Assembly (NCBI GenBank): GCA_947169235.1
Contig: CAMVOY010000001.1
Span: forward strand, 6,743-70,742
Source: an uncultured Lachnospiraceae bacterium
GTDB taxonomy: Bacteria > Bacillota > Clostridia > Lachnospirales > Lachnospiraceae
DNA: 64,000 nt
Direction: 5' to 3'
Shown: one piece after another, positions 55,421 through 64,000 of the stretch
How positions within the stretch are numbered: position 1 is the stretch's first letter
How the letters are laid out: every line of letters starts with the position of its first letter
Program-made: the position numbers and the translations under genes
The notes under the pieces: model-generated
What the model was told of the DNA's origin: nothing
The model's input: only the letters and a program-made list of their open reading frames with translations
The model's database searches: none

Positions 55421-56512
55421 ATGGAAGCAAAACAAAAAAAGCTGATCCTCGAGGACGGGACGGTCTTTGTAGGGGAAGGCTTCGGGGCGGATACGGACGC
55501 TGTATGTGAGCTCGTATTCAATACGTCTATGGTAGGCTATCAGGAGATAGTATCCGACCCATCCTACACTGATCAGGCGGTGGTGATGAGTTATCCTCTC
55601 ATTGGTAATTATGGTATCACGGATGAGGATTTCGAGAGCAGGCTTGTCGCGCCGAAAGCGTTGATCGTAAGAGATTATAATGATCAACCGTCCAACTTCC
55701 GGTACACGAAGACTTTATCGGAACTACTTCATGATAACGATATACCCGGAGTGACAGGGATCGATACCAGGAAGCTGGTCAGGCATATCAGGGATCATGG
55801 ATCACAGAGAGTTCTTATTACCTCCGATAATATAAGCGCGGAGGAGGGGCAAAAAAAGATCGCGGATACACCTGTTCCACACGATGCGGTAATGAGAGTC
55901 AGTTCGAAAAAAAGGTGGTATGCGCGTACCGCAAATCCTAAGTATAATGTGGTCGCAATCGACTGTGGGATCAAATTAAATATCGTCCGTATGCTGAACA
56001 AATATGGCTGCAACGTCGTTGTAGTGCCGTATGACACGGGAAGTGATAATATCCTTCAGATGCATCCGGACGGTGTTTTTGTGTCTAACGGACCCGGAGA
56101 TCCTGCTGATGTCGGTGTGGTCACACAGACGATAAAAAACCTTATCGGACGTCTTCCGATATTCGGAATATGTTTGGGGCATCAGCTTATCGCAAGAGCA
56201 TACGGAGCGGATACTTACAAGTTAAAATTCGGCCACAGGGGAGGAAACCATCCCGTTAAAAATATGTTTACGGATAAGATAGAAATAACCTCCCAGAATC
56301 ACAGCTACGCTGTAGATGAAAAGACGATTAAAAATGATAAAATAAAGGTATCACATATGAACCTTTTGGACAATACGGTAGAGGGTATAGTTTGTGCTGA
56401 GGATAAAGTAATGTCGGTGCAGTATCATCCCGAGAGTGCACCGGGACCGAAGGACAGCGCGTATCTTTTTGATCAGTTTGTAGCGTTAATGGAGGAAGAT
56501 AAAAATGCCTAA
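55421..56512 (+). CDS. carA: carbamoyl-phosphate synthase small subunit
   Basis: [16 protein letters not shown].., the triad motif GICLGHQ, and QYHPES. Confidence 0.95.
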   Translation: MEAKQKKLILEDGTVFVGEGFGADTDAVCELVFNTSMVGYQEIVSDPSYTDQAVVMSYPLIGNYGITDEDFESRLVAPKALIVRDYNDQPSNFRYTKTLSELLHDNDIPGVTGIDTRKLVRHIRDHGSQRVLITSDNISAEEGQKKIADTPVPHDAVMRVSSKKRWYARTANPKYNVVAIDCGIKLNIVRMLNKYGCNVVVVPYDTGSDNILQMHPDGVFVSNGPGDPADVGVVTQTIKNLIGRLPIFGICLGHQLIARAYGADTYKLKFGHRGGNHPVKNMFTDKIEITSQNHSYAVDEKTIKNDKIKVSHMNLLDNTVEGIVCAEDKVMSVQYHPESAPGPKDSAYLFDQFVALMEEDKNA

Positions 56513-59500
56513 AAGAAATGATATTAAAAAGGTATTGGTGATAGGATCGGGACCTATCGTTATCGGTCAGGCAGCGGAGTTTGATTATGCCGGTACACAG
56601 GCATGTCTTGCTCTGAAGGAAGAGGGCTATGAGGTTATATTAGCGAACTCCAATCCCGCTACCATCATGACAGATACTACAATCGCGGATAAGGTTTATA
56701 TGGAGCCTTTGACTCTGGAGTTCATGGCGAGGATCTGCCGTTATGAAAGACCCGATGCAATAGTACCCGGTATCGGTGGTCAGACGGGACTTAACCTGGC
56801 ACTCCAGCTAAGCGAAAAAGGAGTTCTCGATGAGTGCGAGATAGAGCTTTTGGGAACTGATAAGGAGAGCATCCAAAGAGCAGAGGACAGGGAGCTTTTT
56901 AAGGAGCTTTGTGAGGAGATCGGCGAGCCGGTCATACCGTCTCAGATCACCTACTCTATCGAGGAAGGTCTAAAGGCTGCCGAGGAGATCGGCTATCCTG
57001 TTATCCTTCGTCCGGCATTCACGCTCGGTGGAACAGGCGGCGGATTCGCTTACGACGAAGAAGAGATGAAGGTCAGGATGGAGCGCGCACTCGAGGCTTC
57101 ACCTGTTCACCAGGTGCTCGTAGAGAAGAGTATCAGAGGATATAAAGAGATCGAGTATGAGGTTATCCGCGATGCGAATGACACAGCGATAGTAGTCTGC
57201 AACATGGAGAATCTGGACCCTGTCGGCATCCACACCGGAGATTCGATAGTGGTCGCTCCTTCTCAGACTCTCACAAACAGAGAGTATCATATGCTCAGAG
57301 ATTCGGCGCTAAAGATCATCAGAGCCCTGAAGGTAGAAGGCGGTTGCAACGTTCAGTACGCTCTGGATCCGGAGAGCTTCCGTTACTATGTGATCGAGGT
57401 TAATCCGAGAGTGTCCAGATCATCCGCACTCGCATCCAAGGCGAGCGGATATCCGATCGCGAGAGTATCGGCAAAGATCGCAGTCGGCATGCGACTCGAT
57501 GAGATACAGCTTGCAAATACACCTGCATGTTTCGAGCCGTCACTTGACTACGTAGTTACAAAAATGCCCCGATTCCCGTTTGATAAGTTTACCACTGCGT
57601 CAAATACTCTGTCGACTCAGATGAAGGCGACGGGCGAGGTCATGAGCGTCGGACGTACCATGGAGGAGAGTCTGCTCAAAGCTATACGCTCATTAGAGGA
57701 TGGCAAAAACCACATCCATCTGGAGAAGTTTGATTCAAAGAATATGACGGTTGATGAGCTTTTGGATTATATCAAAGAGGGTACCGATGACAGACTTTAT
57801 GCTATCGCACAGCTCATGTGGACAGGTGTCGATCCTTCCGTTATAAATCAGAGAACAATGATCGATATGTTCTTCTTAGACAAGATAAAAAATATAGTTA
57901 TGTTTGAGAAGGAACTCGAGGGAGCACATCTGACAAATAACCTGGTAAAAAGAGCAAAGAAGATGGGGTTCTCAGATTCGTACATTGCCGAGCTTACGGG
58001 CAAAACTGAGGATGATATCTGGAAATACAGAAGAGAAAATAACATCTATCCCGTGTATAAAATGATCGATACATGCGCGAGTGAGTTTGAGAGTTATGTT
58101 CCTTATTTTTACTCTACTTATGAGGAAGAAAATGAGAGTATAGTAAGTGAAAAAGAAAAGATAATCGTACTCGGCAGCGGACCGATAAGGATAGGCCAGG
58201 GAGTCGAGTTTGATTACTCTACTGTACATGCCATCCGTGCTATCAGAGAGCTCGGGTATGAGGCTATAGTTATTAACAATAACCCGGAGACGGTATCAAC
58301 AGATTATACTACTGCGGATAAGCTTTATTTCGAGCCACTGACCATCGAGGATATCATGAATATCATCGATCTCGAAAAGCCAAAAGGAGTTATAGTAACA
58401 CTCGGTGGGCAGACGGCGGTGAACCTTGCAGAGCCTCTTACGAGACGTGGTGTTACGATCATAGGAACAGACAGTGAGGCCATCGATAAGGCAGAAGACA
58501 GAGACTCATTTGAGTCTGTTATAAGAGAGCTTGAGATACCGCATCCTACGGGTGAGGCGGTAACAAGTATCGAGGATGGTGTTGAGGCAGCAAAGAGGAT
58601 CGGTTATCCCGTACTCGTACGTCCGAGCTTCGTACTCGGAGGACGTGCGATGGAGATCGTGGCGAACGAAGAGATGCTCAGAACTTATCTGAAAAACGCC
58701 GTTGAAGTAGATGTAGATAAGCCTGTTTTGGTAGACCGTTATATCGTCGGAAAAGAAGTCGAGGTCGATGCGATATGTGATGGAGAGGATGTATTTATCC
58801 CGGGTATCATGGAGCTTGTTGAGAGGACGGGAGTTCACTCGGGAGACTCGACAAGTGTATATCCGCCGTTCTCGATCTCCGAGAAGGTAAAAGAAACGAT
58901 CCGCGAGTATACTACGAGGATCGGAAAGGGCATCGGTATAGTTGGTCTTTTCAATATCCAGTATATAGTTGACGGAGAAGAGGTTTACATCATAGAGGTC
59001 AACCCGAGGGCGAGCCGAAGCGTGCCATTTTTATCAAAGAGTACGGGCTTCTCATTAGTTGGTATCGCTACCAAGGCAATGCTCGGTGTATCGATAAGAG
59101 ATCAGGGTATAGAAAGCATGTATCCGGCGGAAAAAGAATATCACTTCGTAAAGGCGCCTGCATTCTCGTTTGAGAAGCTCGCCGGGATGGACGCATATCT
59201 CTCACCCGAGATGAAGTCGACGGGTGAGGCGATCGGATATGACGCACAGTTAAACAGGGCGTTTTATAAAGCGCTTCAGGCGTCCGGAATAAAGATGAAG
59301 GAGTACGGAACAGTCGTTGTCACGCTCGCCGATGAGGATAAGGAAGAGGCGCTGCCTCTGGTAGAGAGGTTCTACCAACTCGGCTTCAACATAGAGGCGA
59401 CACCGGGAACCGCGACATTTTTGAAAAATCATGGTATCAGGACACGCATGCGCGGAAAGCTCTCCGAGGGAAGCGACGAGATACTGAAGTCGATCCGCGC

Positions 59501-59684
59501 AGGTTATGTCAGCTACATCCTGAATACCAGGGCGATACTTTCGGGCGTGCATTATGAGGACGGTGTCGCGATCAGAAAGTGTGCAGTCGCAAACGGAGTG
59601 ACGATGTTCACGTCGCTTGATACGGTGAAGATACTGCTGGATGTACTGGAGGAGATATCACCGCGCATCAGAGCGTTGGAGTAA
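56505..59684 (+). CDS. carB: carbamoyl-phosphate synthase large subunit
   Basis: 1059 aa with duplicated ATP-grasp halves ([19 protein letters not shown] / [19 protein letters not shown]) and a C-terminal MGS-like domain. Confidence 0.95.
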   Translation: MPKRNDIKKVLVIGSGPIVIGQAAEFDYAGTQACLALKEEGYEVILANSNPATIMTDTTIADKVYMEPLTLEFMARICRYERPDAIVPGIGGQTGLNLALQLSEKGVLDECEIELLGTDKESIQRAEDRELFKELCEEIGEPVIPSQITYSIEEGLKAAEEIGYPVILRPAFTLGGTGGGFAYDEEEMKVRMERALEASPVHQVLVEKSIRGYKEIEYEVIRDANDTAIVVCNMENLDPVGIHTGDSIVVAPSQTLTNREYHMLRDSALKIIRALKVEGGCNVQYALDPESFRYYVIEVNPRVSRSSALASKASGYPIARVSAKIAVGMRLDEIQLANTPACFEPSLDYVVTKMPRFPFDKFTTASNTLSTQMKATGEVMSVGRTMEESLLKAIRSLEDGKNHIHLEKFDSKNMTVDELLDYIKEGTDDRLYAIAQLMWTGVDPSVINQRTMIDMFFLDKIKNIVMFEKELEGAHLTNNLVKRAKKMGFSDSYIAELTGKTEDDIWKYRRENNIYPVYKMIDTCASEFESYVPYFYSTYEEENESIVSEKEKIIVLGSGPIRIGQGVEFDYSTVHAIRAIRELGYEAIVINNNPETVSTDYTTADKLYFEPLTIEDIMNIIDLEKPKGVIVTLGGQTAVNLAEPLTRRGVTIIGTDSEAIDKAEDRDSFESVIRELEIPHPTGEAVTSIEDGVEAAKRIGYPVLVRPSFVLGGRAMEIVANEEMLRTYLKNAVEVDVDKPVLVDRYIVGKEVEVDAICDGEDVFIPGIMELVERTGVHSGDSTSVYPPFSISEKVKETIREYTTRIGKGIGIVGLFNIQYIVDGEEVYIIEVNPRASRSVPFLSKSTGFSLVGIATKAMLGVSIRDQGIESMYPAEKEYHFVKAPAFSFEKLAGMDAYLSPEMKSTGEAIGYDAQLNRAFYKALQASGIKMKEYGTVVVTLADEDKEEALPLVERFYQLGFNIEATPGTATFLKNHGIRTRMRGKLSEGSDEILKSIRAGYVSYILNTRAILSGVHYEDGVAIRKCAVANGVTMFTSLDTVKILLDVLEEISPRIRALE

Positions 59685-59702
59685 GTAGAAAGGAAGGAAA
59701 CT

Positions 59703-60872
59703 ATGACCTATACTAAAGAAGAGATAATGCAATACATGGAGGAGGAAGACGTTAAGTTTATACGTCTTATGTTCCGTGATGCATTCGGCGTGCAGAAAAA
59801 TATCTCGATAATGCCGACCGAGTTAAAAAAAGCATTCGAGGGCGGCATAGGTATCAATGCGAGGAGGATACCCGGTTTTGAAAAAAGTGAGACCGCGGAG
59901 CTCTATCTGGTACCTGATCCCGAGACCATCACCGTGCTTCCGTGGAGACCTGAGAGCGGAAGGGTAGTAAGGATGTACTGCGACGTGTGCGGTCCTGACC
60001 GCACCCCTCAGAAAAATGACACTCGCGTGATGCTTAAAAATGCGATCGAGCATGCTAAAAAAGAAGGCATCGAGTTTAAGTTCGGATCGAAGTCTGAGTT
60101 CTATCTTTTCAAACTTGATGACGAGGGAAACCGCACGGAGATCCCTTATGATGACGCGGGATATATGGATATCGCACCTCTCGATATGGGTGAAAATATC
60201 CGTCGTGAGATATGTCTTACGATCGAGAAGATGGGGCTTCGTCCGGAGCGCTCACACCATGAGCAGGGACCGGGTCAGAATGAGATAGATTTCCATCACG
60301 GCGAGCCGCTGACGGCAGCGGATCAGATGTCTACTTTTATGATGGCGGTGCAGACCATCGCCGGGAGGAACGGATTGTATGCTGACTTCTCACCGGTGCC
60401 TATAAAGGATATGCCGGGTAACGGTTATCATATAAACATGTACGCTTCGGACTCAGAGGGTAATGATGTATGTCGATATGCGGCAGCGGGAATACTTGAT
60501 AAGATCAGAGAGATAACTCTGTTTTTAAATCCGAGTGAAAACTCCTATCGCAGGTTCGGGACCAACACTGCTCCGGATCGCATAAACTGGACGGCAGAGG
60601 GTGAGACCTCGCTTATGCATGTATCGGAAAAACTCGGAGGGATAAGAGCCGAGCTTCGTTCGCCGGATGCACTTTCTAATCCTTATCTGGCTTACTCGAT
60701 ACTTATCGAGGCGGGCCTGTATGGAATTAAAAATAAGCTTGAACTGCCGACAGAAACCGGTGATGAAAACCTCCTTCCGCAGTCACTCAAGGAAGCCAGA
60801 GAGATCGCCGCAAAAAGTGAGTTTATAAAGGGGATTGTTCCTGAAGATATTTTTGATGAATATATGGGTTGA
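59703..60872 (+). CDS. glnA: glutamine synthetase family protein, short type-I-like (389 aa)
   Basis: Beta-grasp N-domain (VKFIRLMFRDAFG) and catalytic blocks HHEQGPGQNEIDF, GNGYHINMY, NSYRRF. It is shorter than canonical GS-I. Confidence 0.85.
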   Translation: MTYTKEEIMQYMEEEDVKFIRLMFRDAFGVQKNISIMPTELKKAFEGGIGINARRIPGFEKSETAELYLVPDPETITVLPWRPESGRVVRMYCDVCGPDRTPQKNDTRVMLKNAIEHAKKEGIEFKFGSKSEFYLFKLDDEGNRTEIPYDDAGYMDIAPLDMGENIRREICLTIEKMGLRPERSHHEQGPGQNEIDFHHGEPLTAADQMSTFMMAVQTIAGRNGLYADFSPVPIKDMPGNGYHINMYASDSEGNDVCRYAAAGILDKIREITLFLNPSENSYRRFGTNTAPDRINWTAEGETSLMHVSEKLGGIRAELRSPDALSNPYLAYSILIEAGLYGIKNKLELPTETGDENLLPQSLKEAREIAAKSEFIKGIVPEDIFDEYMG

Positions 60873-60878
60873 TAGTAT

Positions 60879-61475
60879 ATGGCTGATGGAAGCGTAAGAC
60901 AACACGATATACTGATCGTCTCGTCAAACGAGAAGTTCAGTGACAGTGTGACGCGGGCTCTCTCGGATGGGAGATACCGCGATGTTGACGTGCGCAAAAG
61001 TGCTTCCTCAGCCCGCAGAGAACTCCTCGAAAAAAGCTATGATGTAGCTATGATAAACATGCCCCTTTCGGATGAGCCGGGAGTGGATCTTGCGATAGAT
61101 ATAGCATCGACTTATCCCACCGGAGTGATGATAATAGCTTCCCCGGAGATCAGTGAAGACGTCGCGGAAAAGGTGACAGACGACGGAATAATAGTGATCG
61201 CCAAGCCCGCCTCCGCACGCATCGTAAAGCGTGCTGTCAGGGTTTTGTGTGCACTCCTCGATAAGCTGAAAAAATCCGAAAAAAAAGTCCTCACTCTGGA
61301 GGAAAAGATGGAGGAGATCCGCATCGTTAATCGTGCAAAATGGAAGCTTATAGATGAGAAGAAAATGGGCGAAGATGAAGCCCATCGCTACATCGGAAAG
61401 CTGGCGATGGATAAGTGCATATCAAAAGGTGATGCCGCAAAGGAAATATTAGGAGGGAAAGTCAATATTCCTTGA
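60879..61475 (+). CDS. ANTAR-domain antiterminator with pseudo-receiver domain (NitR/AmiR-like)
   Basis: C-terminal ANTAR pattern EEIRIVNRAKWKLIDEKKMGEDEAHRYIGKLAMDKCISKGDAAKEIL after a coiled coil. The N-terminal REC-like fold has IVSSNE for the DD pocket and AMINMP for the phospho-Asp. Confidence 0.85.
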   Translation: MADGSVRQHDILIVSSNEKFSDSVTRALSDGRYRDVDVRKSASSARRELLEKSYDVAMINMPLSDEPGVDLAIDIASTYPTGVMIIASPEISEDVAEKVTDDGIIVIAKPASARIVKRAVRVLCALLDKLKKSEKKVLTLEEKMEEIRIVNRAKWKLIDEKKMGEDEAHRYIGKLAMDKCISKGDAAKEILGGKVNIP

Positions 61476-61500
61476 CAAAACCGCCCATTTGTGGTATATT
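61472..61500 (+). promoter_or_regulatory. candidate promoter for trpB2
   Basis: TTGACA overlapping the nitR-like stop codon, 17 nt, then TATATT preceded by TG. Confidence 0.5.
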
Positions 61501-61571
61501 TCCTTACATATTTATATGGTGTCACGGATGCCAGGAAAATATTGAAGGGAAAATGATTGGAGGACAGTAAA

Positions 61572-62936
61572 ATGAGTGAAATACCTTACAAAATCTATCT
61601 CGAAGAAAACGAGATGCCAAAAGAGTGGTACAACGTACGTGCCGACATGAAGAATAAACCGGCACCGCTTCTTAATCCGGGAACAGGTCAGCCGCTTAAT
61701 GCCGAAGAGCTCGGAGCAGTGTTCTGTGATGAGCTTGTGGCTCAGGAGCTTGATAATGACACAGCTTTTATCGAGATCCCGCAGGAGATCAGAGATTTTT
61801 ACAAGATGTATCGTCCGTCACCTTTGGTTCGTGCGTACTGCCTTGAGAAAAAGCTCGATACTCCGGCAAAGATCTACTACAAGTTCGAAGGTAATAATAC
61901 GAGCGGTTCACATAAGCTTAACTCAGCTATAGCTCAGGCATATTACGCAAAGAAGCAGGGACTTAAGGGTGTGACCACAGAGACCGGAGCAGGTCAGTGG
62001 GGTACGGCGCTTTCGATGGCATGTGCTTATCTTGATCTCGATTGTAAGGTTTACATGGTTAAGGTTTCATACGAGCAGAAGCCTTTCAGAAGAGAGGTTA
62101 TGCGTACATACGGTGCGACGGTAACACCGTCACCTTCAGAGACGACAGAGGTTGGTAAAAAGATCCTCGCTGAGCACCCTGGAACGACAGGAAGTCTCGG
62201 ATGTGCTATCTCGGAGGCTGTCGAGGTGGCAGGAAGAGATCCGGGATACAGATATGTTCTCGGTAGTGTACTTAACCAGGTGCTTTTGCATCAGTCAGTC
62301 ATCGGTCTGGAGACCAAGGCTGCCTTAGATAAATACGGAATCAAACCGGACATCATCATCGGGTGCGCAGGAGGCGGATCAAACCTCGGCGGACTCATCT
62401 CCCCGTTCATGGGAGAGAAGCTTCGCGGAGAGGCTGACTATCGTATCATCGCAGTAGAGCCGGCATCATGTCCGAGCTTCACGCGCGGAACATATGCATA
62501 TGACTTCTGCGATACCGGTATGATCTGTCCGCTTGCAAAAATGTACACACTCGGCAGCAGCTTCATCCCGAGTGCGAACCACGCAGGAGGCCTTCGCTTC
62601 CACGGCATGAGTCCGACACTGTCACAGCTTTATCATGACGGATACATGGAGGCTGTCAGCGTTGAGCAGACATCCGTATTCGAGGCTGCTGAGCAGTTCG
62701 CAAGAGTCGAGGGAATCCTTCCTGCACCGGAGAGTTCACATGCTATCCGAGCTGCTATCGACGAGGCGCTGAAGTGCAAGGAGACCGGTGAGGAGAAGAC
62801 CATAGTATTTGGTCTGACCGGAACAGGTTACTTCGATATGGTTGCTTATGAGAAGTATAATAATGGTGAGATGAGTGATACCATTCCGACCGATGAAGAT
62901 ATCGCAGCAAGTATTGCGAAACTTCCAAAGGTCTGA
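61572..62936 (+). CDS. TrpB-like PLP-dependent enzyme (TrpB2 clade)
   Basis: N-terminus MSEIPYKIYLEENEMPKEWYN, the PLP lysine block NNTSGSHKLN, and GGGSN. ATG 61572 lies behind GGAGGA; the track start is an upstream TTG. Confidence 0.85.
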   Translation: MSEIPYKIYLEENEMPKEWYNVRADMKNKPAPLLNPGTGQPLNAEELGAVFCDELVAQELDNDTAFIEIPQEIRDFYKMYRPSPLVRAYCLEKKLDTPAKIYYKFEGNNTSGSHKLNSAIAQAYYAKKQGLKGVTTETGAGQWGTALSMACAYLDLDCKVYMVKVSYEQKPFRREVMRTYGATVTPSPSETTEVGKKILAEHPGTTGSLGCAISEAVEVAGRDPGYRYVLGSVLNQVLLHQSVIGLETKAALDKYGIKPDIIIGCAGGGSNLGGLISPFMGEKLRGEADYRIIAVEPASCPSFTRGTYAYDFCDTGMICPLAKMYTLGSSFIPSANHAGGLRFHGMSPTLSQLYHDGYMEAVSVEQTSVFEAAEQFARVEGILPAPESSHAIRAAIDEALKCKETGEEKTIVFGLTGTGYFDMVAYEKYNNGEMSDTIPTDEDIAASIAKLPKV

Positions 62937-62957
62937 TATAATTAATGTTATAACCCT

Positions 62958-62996
62958 GGGGAGGCGGAGTGATTCGCCTCCTTCGGTGCATTTTTA
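62958..62996 (+). terminator. probable terminator after trpB2
   Basis: GGAGGCG-AGTGATT-CGCCTCC followed by a delayed T-run. Confidence 0.45.
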
Positions 62997-63023
62997 CAAT
63001 AGTGATTAAGGAGACTGAGAGTA

Positions 63024-64000
63024 ATGGAAATCACGGGTGCGCAGCTTTTTGTTAAGGCATTGCAAAAGGAAAACGTTGATACTTTGTTTGCTTATCCGGG
63101 AGGACAGGCGATCGATCTTTTTGACGCGCTCTACGGGGTGGAGGACATCAATATGATCCTGCCTCGTCACGAGCAGGGACTGGTCCATGCCGCTGACGGA
63201 TACGCGAGAGCGACGGGAAAGGTAGGCGTGTGTCTGGTCACGAGTGGACCGGGTGCGACGAACCTCGTCACCGGTATAGCTACGGCGAACTTTGACAGTG
63301 TGCCGCTGGTCTGCTTTACAGGTCAGGTGCCGTTACATCTGATCGGAAACGATGCATTCCAGGAGGCTGATATCGTCGGTATCACGAGAAATATCAGCAA
63401 GTGGTCGACGACGGTAAGACGCCGCGAGGATCTGGCTGCGACCATCAAAAAAGCGTTTTATATCGCCCGCTCGGGAAAACCGGGAGTAGTGTTGGTAGAC
63501 CTTCCGAAAAATATCCAGCTCGAGCTCGGCTCTGATGAGTATCCGGAAGAGGATATAGAGATCCGCAGTTATAAACCGAATACCGAGGTACATATCGGTC
63601 AGGTAAAACGTGCGGTACGCGTATTGAAAAAAGCAGAGAAACCTCTGTTTTTACTCGGAGGCGGTGTTAATGTTGCCAGAGCAAATGAAGAGATGACTGC
63701 GCTTGCCGAGAAGCTTCATATCCCCGTGATCACAACGATCATGGGTAAGGGAGCTATACCTACGGATCATCCGCTTTTCATCGGTAACCTCGGCATACAC
63801 GGAAGTGTTGCTGCAAACAGAGCGGTTTGCGAGTGTGATGTACTGATAAGTATCGGTTCGAGATTTAATGACCGAATAACAGGAAAAATAGATGAGTTTG
63901 CAAAGAATGCAAAGATAATACATTTTGATATAGATACCGCTTCTATTTCGAGAAATATAAAGGTAGATATTCCGATAGTAGGTGATGCCGGAAATGCCAT
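63024..64000 (+). CDS. ilvB: acetolactate synthase large subunit, 5' part (continues past the window)
   Basis: Absent from the track because there is no stop in the window. I translated from ATG 63024 behind AAGGAGA: MEITGAQLFVKALQKENVDTLFAYPGGQAIDLFDAL...HEQGLVHAADGYARATGKVGVCLVTSGPGATNLVTGIATA. Confidence 0.9.
   Translation, partial: MEITGAQLFVKALQKENVDTLFAYPGGQAIDLFDALYGVEDINMILPRHEQGLVHAADGYARATGKVGVCLVTSGPGATNLVTGIATANFDSVPLVCFTGQVPLHLIGNDAFQEADIVGITRNISKWSTTVRRREDLAATIKKAFYIARSGKPGVVLVDLPKNIQLELGSDEYPEEDIEIRSYKPNTEVHIGQVKRAVRVLKKAEKPLFLLGGGVNVARANEEMTALAEKLHIPVITTIMGKGAIPTDHPLFIGNLGIHGSVAANRAVCECDVLISIGSRFNDRITGKIDEFAKNAKIIHFDIDTASISRNIKVDIPIVGDAGNA

Overview
The window looks like chromosome from a low-to-mid GC Firmicute. 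Gene content is Clostridia/Lachnospiraceae-like, but that is inference only. No rRNA, tRNA or CRISPR array was seen.

Layout:
- 1-17.8 kb: housekeeping and accessory operons. These are a truncated sensor kinase, an OhrR-Gpx-TrxR-like-Trx redox operon, a GGDEF cyclase, a TetR/lipoprotein/MFS unit, and two ABC exporters bracketing a hybrid histidine kinase plus response regulator.
- 17.8-23.6 kb: glutamine-linked genes. These are an Amt-PII fusion, purF and trpEG.
- 23.6-29.8 kb: an ECF transporter cluster with transcobalamin-like surface proteins behind a cobalamin-riboswitch-like leader.
- 29.9-42.3 kb: a visibly AT-richer accessory island. It carries an Rpn nuclease fragment, a decayed ToxN/AbiQ-type locus, a retropepsin-like pair and an intact IS21-family element (istAB). 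It also holds three minus-strand units of unknown function.
- 42.3-45 kb: an ABC-2 exporter.
- 45-64 kb: a nitrogen-assimilation supercluster, asnB, glnN-gltB-gltD-carA-carB-glnA-nitR-like, then trpB2 and the 5' part of ilvB.

Most interesting observations:
- The island's unknown units start with a WYL (BrxR/CapW-like) regulator. It sits beside a ~363-aa protein that looks like a PolC replicase with the catalytic palm removed.
- A 16/20-identical palindromic motif is duplicated at fixed spacing in the two promoter regions of that locus.
- Three near-identical promoter, hexaloop-hairpin and terminator leaders precede amt-PII, purF and asnB. They fit control by the ANTAR pseudo-receiver protein encoded after glnA.

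All homology calls come from reading the translations by eye. No searches were run.
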